A stretch of DNA of 64,000 nucleotides from an uncultured Gemmatimonadales bacterium (GCA_963748815.1 CAVVKJ010000005.1:352001-416000), one strand, 5' to 3'. Shown: positions 1 through 10,571, numbered from the stretch's first letter. A program made the numbers and translations. Notes: generated by a model not told the origin, from the sequence alone.

Positions 1-159
1 CTCGAGGCGCTGCCCGGCATTGGCCCGGCGCTGGCCGGCCGGATCGTGTCATACCGCGATTCGCACGGTGCCTTTGCGGACATCGGGGGGCTGCGTGCGG
101 TGGCGGGCATCGGCCCCGCGCTCCTGGGGCGTCTGACCCCCCTCCTGACAGTGCGGTAA
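1..159 (+). CDS. comEA: ComEA-like helix-hairpin-helix DNA-binding protein, C-terminal part (5' truncated by window)
   Basis: Frame 1 reads LEALPGIGPALAGRIVSYRDSHGAFADIGGLRAVAGIGPALLGRLTPLLTVR*: two HhH motifs (LPGIG, VAGIG). Not in the ORF track. Confidence 0.85.
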   Translation, partial: LEALPGIGPALAGRIVSYRDSHGAFADIGGLRAVAGIGPALLGRLTPLLTVR

Positions 160-211
160 GTCATTGTGTTTCAAGACGTTGAGCGTGCAGGTGAGGCGCG
201 GATGCAATAGA

Positions 212-227
212 TGGCACGGGAATGGCA
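212..227 (+). promoter_or_regulatory. sigma54 -24/-12 promoter of pilB
   Basis: TGGCACGGGAATGGCA = GG-N10-GC; IHF-like TAAGTCATTGTGT at 157-169. Confidence 0.6.
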
Positions 228-290
228 ACTCGCGCCATCGGTTACTCCCGTCTATTTCATCGACCTCCGCCACCGAGGGGCAGCGCCAGC

Positions 291-2003
291 ATGACCACTA
301 CGATGGGCGCCGAGCGTGAGCCGCTCGGCGAAGCGCTTCTCCATGAGGGGCTGCTGACACCCGCCAAGTACGATCAGGCCGTCGCGGAGCAGCGCTCCAG
401 CGGCCATCGGCTGGGCTATGTCCTCGTCAAGCTGGGGTTCGTGCCGGAGCTGGAAATCACGAAGATCCTCGCGCGGCTGCACCGGATGCCGGCGGTGGAC
501 CTCTCGCGCTTCGAGGTGGACCCCAAGGTTCTCAAGCTGATCCCGGCCGACCTCGCCACCAAGAACGTCGTCCTTCCGCTCAAGCGCGAGGGCCGCACGC
601 TGACCGTGGCGATGGCCGACCCGACCAAGATGGGCGTGGTCGAGGACCTGAAGTTCATCACCCGCTACGACGTCTTCCCGGTGCTGGCGGGGGAGCAGAC
701 GCTCCGCAGCATCATCGACCGGCACTACCAGGGCAGCGACCAGCAGCTCCAGGACATCCTGAAGGACATGGAGGGGCAGGCCGACGACGTCGAAATCGTC
801 GCGGAGCTCGAGGACGAGGCCGCCACCCAGGCGCAGATCGACGACGCCCCGGTGGTCAAGCTCATCAACGGCCTCCTCACCGACGCGGTGCGCCGCGGGG
901 CCAGCGACATTCACATCGAGCCCTTCGAGCTCGAGATGCGGGTGCGGTACCGGATCGACGGCGCCCTGCTGGAGGTCATGAAGCCCCCGCTCAAGATGAA
1001 GGCGGCGCTGACCTCGCGCATCAAGATTCTCTCGCAGCTCAACATCGCCGAGCGCCGGGTGCCGCAGGACGGCCGCCTCAAGCTCAAGATGGGCAACCGG
1101 GTCATCGACTTCCGCGTGTCGATGCTGCCGGTGCTCTTCGGCGAGAAGATCGTGCTTCGTATTCTCGACAAGGGCAACCTGACGCTGGACCTGTCGAAGT
1201 TCGGGTTCGAGACGAAGGCGGAGGACGACCTGATGGCCGCCATCCTCAACCCGTACGGGATGGTGCTGGTGACGGGGCCGACGGGGTCGGGCAAGACGAC
1301 CACGCTCTACTCGGCGCTGTCGCGCATCAACACGATCGAATCGAACATCATGACGGCCGAGGACCCGGTCGAATACAACCTGATGGGGATCAACCAGGTG
1401 CTGGTCCGGAACGAGATCGGGCTGACCTTCGCCGCGGCGCTCAAGGCGTTCCTGCGGCAGGACCCCAACATCATCATGATCGGCGAAATCCGGGACCTCG
1501 AGACGGGCAGCATCGCCATCAAGGCGGCGCTCACCGGCCACCTGGTGCTCTCGACGCTGCACACCAACGACGCGCCGAGCACCATCACGCGCATGATCGA
1601 CATGGGCATCGAGCCCTTCAACGTGGCGAGCGCCGTCAATCTCGTGGTGGCGCAGCGGCTGGTCCGGCGGATCTGCAAAGACTGCGCGGCCCCGACCACG
1701 TACAAGCCGGAGGAGATCAAGTCGCTCGGATTGACCCCGGAGGAAGGGAAGAAGATGCAGTTCATGAGAGGGACGGGGTGCGACACCTGCAGCGGCACCG
1801 GCTACAAGGGGCGGGCCGGGCTCTACGAGGTGATGGCGCTCTCGCCGGAATTGCGCCGCATGATCCTCCGCAGCGCGTCGATCGCGGACATTCAGGCTAT
1901 GGCGGTCAAGGAAGGCATGCTCACCCTGCGGATGGACGGGCTCAAGAAGATTGAGCGCGGGGTCACGACTCTCGAGGAAGTGGTGAAGGAGACTGCGGCA
2001 TGA
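291..2003 (+). CDS. pilB: Type IV pilus assembly ATPase PilB
   Basis: GASDIHIEP, Walker A GPTGSGKT, LRQDP, tetracysteine motif (CKDC...CDTC); start taken at ATG 291. Confidence 0.95.
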   Translation: MTTTMGAEREPLGEALLHEGLLTPAKYDQAVAEQRSSGHRLGYVLVKLGFVPELEITKILARLHRMPAVDLSRFEVDPKVLKLIPADLATKNVVLPLKREGRTLTVAMADPTKMGVVEDLKFITRYDVFPVLAGEQTLRSIIDRHYQGSDQQLQDILKDMEGQADDVEIVAELEDEAATQAQIDDAPVVKLINGLLTDAVRRGASDIHIEPFELEMRVRYRIDGALLEVMKPPLKMKAALTSRIKILSQLNIAERRVPQDGRLKLKMGNRVIDFRVSMLPVLFGEKIVLRILDKGNLTLDLSKFGFETKAEDDLMAAILNPYGMVLVTGPTGSGKTTTLYSALSRINTIESNIMTAEDPVEYNLMGINQVLVRNEIGLTFAAALKAFLRQDPNIIMIGEIRDLETGSIAIKAALTGHLVLSTLHTNDAPSTITRMIDMGIEPFNVASAVNLVVAQRLVRRICKDCAAPTTYKPEEIKSLGLTPEEGKKMQFMRGTGCDTCSGTGYKGRAGLYEVMALSPELRRMILRSASIADIQAMAVKEGMLTLRMDGLKKIERGVTTLEEVVKETAA

Positions 2004-3139
2004 GTGTGAACCTGCGCGCCCTGCTGGAAGAGGTGATCGAGCGGGAGGCGTCCGACCTGCACATCACGGCCGGCGAGCGCCCGAAGCTCCGGATCGACGG
2101 CGACATCACCAACAGCACGACGACCTACGTGATGTCCCCGAAGGACACGCTGCAGCTGGCGTACTCCGTCCTGACGGAAAACCAGAAGAAGCGGTTCGAG
2201 ACCGAGGACGAGCTCGACTTCTCCTTCGGCATCCAGAACCTGGCGCGCTTCCGCGGCAACTGCTTCAAGCAGCGGGGCTGCGTCGGCATGGTCATCCGGA
2301 TGATCCCGTTCAGCCTGAAGACGTTCGACGACCTCGGCCTCCCGCCGATCCTCGGCAAGCTCGCCGAGAAGCCGCGCGGCCTGGTGCTGGTGACCGGCCC
2401 GACCGGCTCGGGCAAGAGCACCACGCTCGCGGCGATGATCGACAAGATCAACAAGGAGCGGAAGGGGCACATCATCACGGTGGAAGACCCGATCGAGTTC
2501 ATCCACCGCCACCAGTCGTGCATCGTCAACCAGCGCGAGGTGGGCACCGACACCAAGTCGTTCTCCACCGCGCTCAAGTACGCCCTGCGCGAGGACCCCG
2601 ACGTCATCCTGGTCGGCGAAATGCGCGACCTCGAGACCATCTCCGCGGCGCTCACGATCGCGGAGACGGGCCACCTGGCCCTCGCCACGCTGCACACCAA
2701 CTCGGCGGCGGAGTCGATCAACCGCATCATCGACGTCTTCCCGTCCAACCAGCAGCAGCAGGTGCGGGCCCAGCTCGCCTTCGTGCTGGAGGGGGTGGTC
2801 ACCCAGGTGCTGCTCCCCAAGGCGAAGGGCCGGGGGCGGGCCATGGCGTGCGAGATCATGGTGGCCACGCCGGCCATCCGGGCGCTGATCCGCGACGACA
2901 AGGTGCACCAGATCTAGAGCGCGCTGCAGTCGGGCAAGAAGCACGGCATGCAGACGATGAACGATGCGCTGTACCAGTTGTACATTTCGCGGGAAGTGGT
3001 CCGCGACGAGTGCCTGCGCGTCTCGGGCGACCCGAACGAGTTCCTCCGGATGATCGGCGAGAAGCCGCTGGAGGAGCAGGAAATGGGCACGATGGCTTCG
3101 ATGGACTCGAAGGGCGGCAAGTCCGCGCTGCGCCGCTAA
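2000..3139 (+). CDS. pilT: Pilus retraction ATPase PilT, with an in-frame TAG at 2915-2917
   Basis: ASDLHI, GPTGSGKST, ALREDPD, AIRALIRD motif; the same frame continues after the stop (SALQSGKKHGMQTMN) to 3139. Confidence 0.9.
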
Positions 3140-3160
3140 CACACAGGGGAGACTGACACC

Positions 3161-4369
3161 ATGCCGCTCTTCGAATATACGGCCAAGAACGCCACCAACG
3201 GGCAGATCATGAAGGGCCAGATGCAGGCCCAGACCCGGGACGAGGTGGTCGGCCACATCCGGAAGAACCGACTCATCCTCGTCAGCGTCCGGGAGGCGCC
3301 GAAGCAGATCAAGTTCAGCTTCGGGCAGCCCGGCATCAAGACGCGGGACATCGTCATCTTCACCCGGCAGTTCGCCACCATGATCAACTCGGGCCTGCCG
3401 CTGGTGCAGTCGCTCGTCGATCCTGGCGGCGCAGACCGAGAACAAGGCGCTGAAGGACGTCACCAAGCAGGTGGTCTTCGACGTCGAGGCCGGCAACACC
3501 CTGGCCGACGCCTTCAGCCGGCACCCCAAGGCCTTCTCGCGGGCTGTTCGTGAACATGGTCGCCGCCGGCGAGGCCGGCGGCATTCTCGACACCATTCTG
3601 CTGCGCCTGGCCACCTTCCTCGAAAAGAACGACGCCCTGATCCGCAAGGTGAAGAGCGCCATGATGTACCCGGCCGTCATCATGAGCGTGGCCGGCATCG
3701 CCATCACCGTGCTGCTCATCTTCGTCATCCCGGTGTTCCAGAGCATGTTCGCCTCGGTCAACATGGAGCTCCCGCTCCCGACCCGCGTCGTCATCGGGAT
3801 GTCGGAGTTCCTGACCGGGTACTGGTGGGCCATCATCGCCGCCATCGGCGGAGTCGTCTTCCTGGTGCGGCAGTACTACGCGACCCCGGCGGGCCACAAG
3901 AACATCGACCAGCTGATGATCAACTCGCCGGTCCTCGGCGACGTGCATCCGGAAGTCCGCCGTGTCCCGCTTCACCCGGACCCTCGGCACCCTGATCAGC
4001 TCCGGCGTGTCGATCCTCGACGGGCTCGAGATCACCGCCAAGACGTCGGGCAACCGCGTCATTCACGACGCCGTCATGGAGTCGCGGGCCTCGATCGCCG
4101 GCGGCGAGACGATCGCCGCGCCGCTCGAGCGCTCCAAGGTCTTCCCGCCGATGGTCATCTCGATGATCGCGGTCGGCGAACAGACCGGCGGGCTCGACGA
4201 GATGCTCTCCAAGATCGCCGACTTCTATGACGAGGAAGTGGACGTCGCGGTCGGGACGCTCCTCAGCCTCATGGAACCGGTCATGATCGTCGTCCTCGGC
4301 GTGGTCGTCGGCGGCATGGTGGTCGCCATGTACCTCCCGATCTTCGACATGATGAACGCGATTCAATAG
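3161..4369 (+). CDS. pilC: Type IV pilus platform protein PilC (three apparent +1 frameshifts near 3417, 3541, 3945)
   Basis: FTRQFATMINSGLPL, AGEAGG.LD, MYP, GEQTG.LDEML, MYLPIF, spread over three frames. Confidence 0.9.
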
Positions 4370-4415
4370 GCGGGGCAGGGGGGCTGCGGGGCTGCGGGGC
4401 GGCCCCCACCCCCCC

Positions 4416-4441
4416 GTCACCCCGGCGAAAGCCGGGGTCCA
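4416..4441. repeat. REP-like palindrome, family A
   Basis: GTCACCCCGGCGAAAGCCGGGGTCCA; identical copy at 13459-13484 and a variant at 17598. Confidence 0.8.
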
Positions 4442-4448
4442 GTCCTTC

Positions 4449-4482
4449 GGCGGGCGGTCCTTCGGGGCCGCCCGCTCTGTTT
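4449..4482 (+). terminator. Probable intrinsic terminator after pilC
   Basis: GGCGGGCGGTCC-TTCG-GGGCCGCCCGCT hairpin followed by CTGTTT. Confidence 0.55.
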
Positions 4483-4551
4483 CCGACCTTCCGAATCCTC
4501 CTTCGAGGGGACATCGTAAGGCTTGGATTCCCCTACGAATCGGAGCGCCGC

Positions 4552-5061
4552 ATGACCCGATCGCTATTGCTGTCCACCCTGCTGTTGTTGCCGGCCACCC
4601 TGTCCGCGCAGCAGACCGCCCCTGCCGCCCCCCCGGCCCAGCCGCCCTACGCTTCGGATTCCGCCGCCATCGCGCAGGTCGTGACCCGCCTCTTCGACGG
4701 CATGCGGACCCGCGACACCGCCATGATGCGGACCCTCTTCCACGAACCGGTGGCCATGCGCAGCGTCTCGTACCGCCAGGGCAAGCCGGTCGTCGAAGCA
4801 GACGGCATCGAGGACTGGTTCAAGGGCGTGGCGAGCGCCCCGGACACCCTGGTCCTCGATGAGCGCCTCGGACCGCCCGAGATCCGCGTGGACGGCAACC
4901 TCGCATCGGCCTGGATCTACTACGAGTTCTATGTCAGCGGTCGCTTCTCCCACTGCGGCGCCGACAGCTTCCAGCTTGGGCGCACCGAGGCGGGCTGGAA
5001 AATCCTCCTGGTTTCCGACAGCCGGCGCCGAGCCGGATGCAGCCAGTCGCTGACGAAGTGA
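4552..5061 (+). CDS. Secreted NTF2/SnoaL-like protein
   Basis: Signal peptide; LFDGMR, A.AW..Y.FY...FSHCG.DSFQL, GWKI pattern typical of this family. Confidence 0.7.
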   Translation: MTRSLLLSTLLLLPATLSAQQTAPAAPPAQPPYASDSAAIAQVVTRLFDGMRTRDTAMMRTLFHEPVAMRSVSYRQGKPVVEADGIEDWFKGVASAPDTLVLDERLGPPEIRVDGNLASAWIYYEFYVSGRFSHCGADSFQLGRTEAGWKILLVSDSRRRAGCSQSLTK

Positions 5062-6233
5062 GTCTCCCGGCGCGGGGCGCGGCGGCCCTCGCCGCCCTCC
5101 TCTTCGGCATGGCGCCCACCCTCACGGCCCAGGCGCCGTCGGGGTGGAGCGGACTGACGGAGCAATTCGATGCCTATGTCCGCGCCGACCGGATCGTCGG
5201 GGCGAGCCTGGCTTGGGTGCGCGATGGCCGGATCGTGGCCCGCCATCACGTCGGCATGGCCGACCGGGACGTGGGGCAGGCAGTGGGCGACTCGACCATC
5301 TGGCACTGGGGTTCCATCACCAAGACCCTCACCGCCGTGTCCGTCCTGCAGTTGCGGGATCAGGGACTCCTGTCGCTGGACGCCGCCGCCGCCGATCGGG
5401 TGCCGGAGCTTCGATTGATCCATGACGGGTACGGTTCCATCGACGCCGTCACGATCCGGATGCTCCTATCGCATTCGAGTGGATTCCAGAACCCGACGTG
5501 GCCGTATGGCACTGGCGAACCGTGGGAACCGTTCGAGCCCACCAACTGGGATCAGCTGGTGGCCATGATGCCGTGGCAGGAGCTGCACTTCGCGCCCGGC
5601 TCTCGCTACGGCTACAGCAACCCGGCCTACATCTACCTCGCGCGGATCATCGAGGGCGCCACCGGTGACCCGTGGATCGCCTATGTCCAGCAGAATCTCT
5701 GGACCCCGCTCGGCATGACGCGGAGCTACGTGAACCGGACCCCGCCCTACCTGTCCGCCCAACGATCCAACCGCTACTCGATCGAGAAGGACAGCACGGG
5801 GGCCGTGGTGACGGTTGCCGGCGGGCGTGACTTCGACCCGGGTGTGACCATCCCGAACGGCGGGTGGAACGCGCCCATCGACGACATCGCGACGTGGATG
5901 GGATTCCTGACCGTATCTGCGGATGGCCGGAGGGCGGCCTCGCTGCTCTCGCGCGCCACCCTCGCCGAGATGTGGACGCCGGTCGTCCCGGTCGGGCGGG
6001 ACAGTCTGGTGACCGAATCGATGGGCCTCGGCTTCTTCCTGTACCAGGTTCAGGGTCGAAAGCTCGTGGGCCACACCGGCAGCCAGGGTGGGTTCCGGTC
6101 GTTCATGGCGTTCGATCCGGCAACCGGCCAGGGAGTGATCGGCGTCGTGAATACCAGCAACGACGTGGATTCCAATTCCGATTCCGGATTCACGGCCACG
6201 TTCCATTCCGCGTTGGCGCTCTTGGCACGCTAG
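5058..6233 (+). CDS. Secreted serine hydrolase (beta-lactamase class C-like family)
   Basis: SxxK (SITK), LLSHSSG, YSN, GHTG motifs; GTG start overlapping the upstream stop. Confidence 0.85.
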   Translation: MSLPARGAAALAALLFGMAPTLTAQAPSGWSGLTEQFDAYVRADRIVGASLAWVRDGRIVARHHVGMADRDVGQAVGDSTIWHWGSITKTLTAVSVLQLRDQGLLSLDAAAADRVPELRLIHDGYGSIDAVTIRMLLSHSSGFQNPTWPYGTGEPWEPFEPTNWDQLVAMMPWQELHFAPGSRYGYSNPAYIYLARIIEGATGDPWIAYVQQNLWTPLGMTRSYVNRTPPYLSAQRSNRYSIEKDSTGAVVTVAGGRDFDPGVTIPNGGWNAPIDDIATWMGFLTVSADGRRAASLLSRATLAEMWTPVVPVGRDSLVTESMGLGFFLYQVQGRKLVGHTGSQGGFRSFMAFDPATGQGVIGVVNTSNDVDSNSDSGFTATFHSALALLAR

Positions 6234-6283
6234 CGCCGATGTGCAGGGGGCTCACGCGAAGCCGCGAAGCCGTGCCGGGCGTG

Positions 6284-6323
6284 CCCCCTCTCCAGGTCAT
6301 GGAGAGGGGGACAGGGGGTGAGG
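6284..6323. repeat. Palindromic repeat, family B
   Basis: CCCCCTCTCC-N7-GGAGAGGGGG-ACAGGGGGTGAGG; second copy at 21554-21594. Confidence 0.75.
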
Positions 6324-6373
6324 TGGACGGTGAGCGACGATGTCCACCTGAGTCGAGTGTGCATGGCTCGGCC

Positions 6374-6401
6374 TTGACATATCAATAATTATTGATATGT
6401 T
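6374..6401 (+). promoter_or_regulatory. arsR promoter overlapped by a perfect 24-bp palindromic operator
   Basis: TTGACA (6374)-N16-TATGTT; palindrome ACATATCAATAATTATTGATATGT at 6377-6400. Confidence 0.8.
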
Positions 6402-6407
6402 AGGTCC

Positions 6408-6752
6408 ATGCCCGCGCCCGTCAAGCTCCAGCCCGCGTCCGCCGCCGCCACCCGAATCCGGGTCGCGCGGCTTTTTCAGGCCCTCTCCGACCCGACCCGA
6501 CTCCAGCTGGTCGAACTGCTGGCCGACGGGGAGCACTGCGTCTGCGACCTGATGGCCGCGGTGGACGCCGCGCAGAGCCGCCTCTCCTTCCATCTCAAGA
6601 CGCTCAAGGACGCCGGCCTCGTGACCGACCGGAAAGAGGGTCGATGGGTGCACTATCGGCTGCGCCCGGAGGCACTCGAGGAGATGGCCGACGCCCTGCA
6701 CCTGGTTCGCGAGGCGCGCCCCGGCGCCTGGCGGAGCATCACCTGTTGCTAA
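6408..6752 (+). CDS. arsR: ArsR-family repressor
   Basis: ALSDPTRL, HCVCDL, QSRLSFHLKTLK.AGLV, C-terminal CC. Confidence 0.9.
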   Translation: MPAPVKLQPASAAATRIRVARLFQALSDPTRLQLVELLADGEHCVCDLMAAVDAAQSRLSFHLKTLKDAGLVTDRKEGRWVHYRLRPEALEEMADALHLVREARPGAWRSITCC

Positions 6753-6786
6753 CCCCCTACCGTACCTGTGCCGGAGGATGTTGAAG

Positions 6787-7662
6787 ATGTCCGACCACAT
6801 CAAGCAGGTTGTTCGCGAGAAGTACGGCGCCGCCGCGCTGCGTGCCGCCACCGGTGCAGGCAGTTCATGCTGCGGCGGCAGTTGCGGCACCGGGAGCGCC
6901 GACCCGATCACCAGCGATCTCTACGAGGCCGCGCAGGTGTCGGGCCTTCCGGCGGAGGCGGTGCTCGCCTCGCTCGGCTGCGGCAACCCCACCGCGCTCG
7001 CCGCGCTCGAAGAGGGCCAGGTGGTCCTCGACCTCGGCTCCGGCGGCGGCATCGACGTCCTCCTCTCGGCGCGGCGCGTCGGCCCCACCGGCAAGGCCTA
7101 CGGGCTCGACATGACCGACGAGATGCTCGCCCTCGCCCGCCGGAACCAGCAGGCGGCCGGGGTCGCCAACGTCGAGTTCCTCAAGGGAGACATCGAGCAT
7201 ATCCCGCTGCCGGACGCGTCGGTGGACGTGATCATCTCCAACTGCGTCATCAACCTCGCCGCGGACAAGCGCAAGGTCTTCGCCGAGGCGTTTCGGGTCC
7301 TGAAGCCGGGCGGACGATTCGCCGTGTCCGACGTCGTCGTTCGGGGCGAGGTGCCGGCGGAGGTGCGCCGGAGCATGGAACTCTGGGTCGGCTGCGTCGC
7401 CGGCGCGCTCGAGGAGCGCGAGTTCGAGGCGTTGCTCCGGGCGGCCGGATTCGAGCATCCAACCCTCGAGCCGACCCGGGTCTACCGACTTGAAGACGCA
7501 AGACAGTTCCTGTCGGAGGCGGGACTCGATCCCGATGCGGTCGCCCCGGACATCGACGGCAAGTTCATGGCGGCGTTCATCCGGGCGACCAAGCCGGTCG
7601 CGGTCGAGCTGGCGGGAGCCGGGATGGCCTCCCCCTGCTGCGCCCCCGGATGCTGCGCGTGA
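6787..7662 (+). CDS. arsM: Arsenite S-adenosylmethyltransferase
   Basis: [33 protein letters not shown]; Cys-rich termini. Confidence 0.93.
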   Translation: MSDHIKQVVREKYGAAALRAATGAGSSCCGGSCGTGSADPITSDLYEAAQVSGLPAEAVLASLGCGNPTALAALEEGQVVLDLGSGGGIDVLLSARRVGPTGKAYGLDMTDEMLALARRNQQAAGVANVEFLKGDIEHIPLPDASVDVIISNCVINLAADKRKVFAEAFRVLKPGGRFAVSDVVVRGEVPAEVRRSMELWVGCVAGALEEREFEALLRAAGFEHPTLEPTRVYRLEDARQFLSEAGLDPDAVAPDIDGKFMAAFIRATKPVAVELAGAGMASPCCAPGCCA

Positions 7663-8759
7663 CCGAATCGTCGAGGGCCGCCGGCGTCGTCCCCGATGCC
7701 GGCGTCCTCAAGCGCCTCTCGACGCTCGACCGCTTCCTGCCGCTCTGGATCTTCGCGGCCATGGGGCTGGGCCTCCTCCTCGGGAGGCTCTTTCCCGGGC
7801 TGGGGGCGCTGCTCGACCAGGTGCAGGTGGCCGGTGTGTCCGTGCCCATCGGGCTCGGGCTGCTCTGGATGATGTACCCTGTGCTCGCCAAGGTGCGCTA
7901 CGAGAGCATCGGGTCGCACGTGGCGGACCGCAGGCTCATCGGGACGTCGCTGGTGCTGAACTGGGTCATCGGGCCGGTGGTGATGTTCGCGCTCGCCTGG
8001 TGGCTCCTCCCCGACCTCCCGGCGTATCGCAACGGACTGGTGATCGTCGGGCTGGCCCGGTGCATCGCGATGGTGCTGATCTGGAATACCCTCGCCGGCG
8101 GCTCTGGCGAAATTGCCGCGGTGCTCGTCGCTCTCAATTCGCTCTTCCAGATTCTCACCTACTCCTTCCTCGGGTACCTCTTCCTGACCGTGGTGCCCAC
8201 CTGGCTGGGCGGCAGCACGGCGGCGCTCGATGTCTCGATGCTCGATATCGCCCGCTCGGTGCTGATCTTCCTGGGCGTGCCGCTCCTGGCCGGCTACTGG
8301 ACCCGCCGCATCCTCGTGCGCCGGCGCGGCGCGAGTTGGTACGAGGGGTCGTTTCTCCCCCGCATCGGCCCGACCGCCCTCCTGGGCCTGCTGTACACGA
8401 TCGTCCTGATGTTCGCCATGCAGGGGGACCGGATCCTGGATCGCCCCGGGGACGTCTTCCGGATCGCCCTGCCGTTGCTCCTCTACTTCCTGATCATGTT
8501 CGGGACATCGCTGCTGCTCACGTGGCGGCTCAAGTTCCGGTACGAGGAGGCCACCGCCGTGTCCTTCACCGCCGCGGGCAACAACTTCGAACTGGCCATC
8601 GCGGTGGCCGTCGGCACCTTCGGCATCGCCTCCGGCGAGGCGCTCGCCGCGGTGGTCGGTCCCCTGATCGAGGTGCCGGCGCTGATCGGGCTGGTCTACG
8701 TGGCACTCTGGGCAAAGCGGTTCTTTCCTTCCAGCCCGTCTCCTGCACCTCCGGTCTGA
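7659..8759 (+). CDS. acr3: Acr3 arsenite efflux transporter
   Basis: LDRFLPLWI, MMYP, NWVIGP, GLARCIAMV, GNNFELAIAVA, VVGPLIEVP. Confidence 0.93.
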   Translation: MTESSRAAGVVPDAGVLKRLSTLDRFLPLWIFAAMGLGLLLGRLFPGLGALLDQVQVAGVSVPIGLGLLWMMYPVLAKVRYESIGSHVADRRLIGTSLVLNWVIGPVVMFALAWWLLPDLPAYRNGLVIVGLARCIAMVLIWNTLAGGSGEIAAVLVALNSLFQILTYSFLGYLFLTVVPTWLGGSTAALDVSMLDIARSVLIFLGVPLLAGYWTRRILVRRRGASWYEGSFLPRIGPTALLGLLYTIVLMFAMQGDRILDRPGDVFRIALPLLLYFLIMFGTSLLLTWRLKFRYEEATAVSFTAAGNNFELAIAVAVGTFGIASGEALAAVVGPLIEVPALIGLVYVALWAKRFFPSSPSPAPPV

Positions 8760-8766
8760 GTTCATC

Positions 8767-9255
8767 ATGCAGCCACCGAAATCGCCATTGCGCATCCTCA
8801 TTCTCTGCACCGGCAACTCCGCCCGAAGCCAGATTGCCGAGGCGCTCTTTGCCACGAAGGGCCGGGGCCGTTTTGAAGCGGCCAGCGCCGGCTCCCGCCC
8901 CGCCGAGCGGGTCAATCCGTTCGCCGTGGAAGTGCTTGGCGAGGCGGGCATCGACTGGCAGGGAAGAGCGCCCCGTGGAATGGACGGCCTGGAGCAGGAA
9001 CGCTGGGATTTCGTGATCACCGTCTGCGACCGTGCCAAGGAGAGTTGCCCCTACTTCCCCGGTCAGCCGCTGCTGGCGCACTGGGGCATGCCCGACCCCG
9101 CCGAGGTGGAGGGGAGCGACGAGGCCAAGCGGGCGGCCTTCAGGGACACCTTCGTCACGTTGAGCCGGCGAATTGACCTCTTCCTCGCGCTCCCGGTGGA
9201 GAAACTCGAGCGGCTTGTGCTCGAGCGCCGAGTGAGGGAGATCGGCGCCCAATGA
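8767..9255 (+). CDS. arsC: Arsenate reductase, LMW-PTP/thioredoxin type
   Basis: CTGNSARSQIAE P-loop, VCDRAKESCP, HWGMPDP. Confidence 0.9.
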   Translation: MQPPKSPLRILILCTGNSARSQIAEALFATKGRGRFEAASAGSRPAERVNPFAVEVLGEAGIDWQGRAPRGMDGLEQERWDFVITVCDRAKESCPYFPGQPLLAHWGMPDPAEVEGSDEAKRAAFRDTFVTLSRRIDLFLALPVEKLERLVLERRVREIGAQ

Positions 9256-9876
9256 GCGGCTCCGGCCCGCGGGAGCACCGGCTCTCCGTGACGCGTTCGG
9301 CGCGGTGTTACACGCAGGGTGGGGAAGCGGCCGCGGAAGCCTGGGTGGTGCTCCACGGCTACGGCCAGCTGGCGGCCCGGTTCCTCCGTGGTTTCGAGTC
9401 GCTTGCCACCCCCGCCCGCCTGCTGGTGGCCCCGGAGGGGCTGTCCCGCTTCTACCTGGATGCGGCGACGGGTCGCGTCGGCGCCTCGTGGATGACGAAG
9501 GAAGACCGGGTGCACGAAATCGATGACTACCTGGCGCTACCTGGAGCGATGCGCGCCGCCCTGGTGCCCGCCGGTGCCACTCACGGTGCTCGGATTTTCG
9601 CAGGGCGTGGCGACGGCCTCGCGGTGGGCCGTGGCCACCACGCCGGCGCCGGTGCGCCTCGTCTGCTGGGGCGGGTTGGTGCCCGAGGAGATTTCCGCCG
9701 CGCAGCTGGGCGCGATGCAGGTGACCTACGTCGTCGGGGAGGGGGAGGAGTGGGCCCCGCCGGCCGCGGTGGAGGCGCAGGCGAGTTCGTTCCAGGCGGC
9801 TGGAGTTGCGGTCGAGGTGATCCGCTTCGAGGGTGGGCACGAGATCCGGGCTGAGGTCGTCCAGCGTCTGATATAG
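9252..9876 (+). CDS. Alpha/beta hydrolase (phospholipase/carboxylesterase), frameshift near 9535
   Basis: VLHGYGQL, APEGLSRFY, GASWMT in one frame; LGFSQG and FEGGHEI in the next. Confidence 0.8.
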
Positions 9877-9905
9877 GGGGACTAGGTATCACGCGAAGCG
9901 GGCTC

Positions 9906-9935
9906 TTGACAGGTATTAACTAAACGATTAATTAG
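9906..9935 (+). promoter_or_regulatory. Promoter and imperfect palindromic operator of the TetR gene
   Basis: TTGACA at 9906; AT-rich imperfect inverted repeat AACTAAACGATTAATT. Confidence 0.55.
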
Positions 9936-9941
9936 TACTCC

Positions 9942-10571
9942 ATGGACCTCGTTCCCGACTCCCGCACCGGCATCCTCGACGCCGCCGAACAGCTCTTTGC
10001 CCGGCGGGGGTTCCGGTCGACCACCATCAAGGCCATCGCTGGGGAGGCGGGTGTCAACACCGCCCTCCTCTACTACTACTTCCCCGACAAACAGGGACTC
10101 TACCACGCTGTCCTCGAACGGGCGTTTGGCGGCTTGATCGCCGAAGGGGAAGATCGCCTTCAGCAAGGGCTCGAACCCGAGGCGGCAATCCGCGCCTTCG
10201 TGTCGCTGCAGGCTTCGTACTTCGGCCGCCACCCGAGTCGTCCCCACCTCTTCGTCCGGGAGCTGATCGATCACGGGGCCGAGTACGCCGCAGGCCAGCT
10301 CACCCGCCTTGCCGTCACCCTCTTCCGCCGCCTCTGCGACGTGATCGAACGCGGCCAGGCCGGCGGTCAGTTTCGCGCCGACCTCGACGCGCACCGGGCC
10401 GCGATATCCGTCGTCAGCCAGGTGGCCTGGCTGCAGGTGGCCCGCCCAGCCATCGGCATCTTCATCGGCGCGGGGCCTGCCGGCCCCCCTGCCCGTTGGG
10501 TCGATGAATTCGCCGACCATGCCGCCGAATTCGCACTGGCGGCGCTCCGTACTCCGAGGACCACGCCATGA
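9942..10571 (+). CDS. TetR-family regulator
   Basis: ILDAAEQLFARRGF..TTIKAIA.EAGVN.ALLYYYF.DK HTH. Confidence 0.9.
   Translation: MDLVPDSRTGILDAAEQLFARRGFRSTTIKAIAGEAGVNTALLYYYFPDKQGLYHAVLERAFGGLIAEGEDRLQQGLEPEAAIRAFVSLQASYFGRHPSRPHLFVRELIDHGAEYAAGQLTRLAVTLFRRLCDVIERGQAGGQFRADLDAHRAAISVVSQVAWLQVARPAIGIFIGAGPAGPPARWVDEFADHAAEFALAALRTPRTTP

Noticed and set aside
2915..2917. Pyrrolysine or TAG recoding in pilT
   Set aside because: TAG is a normal stop in many genes here, and the expected residue is Tyr, one substitution away.
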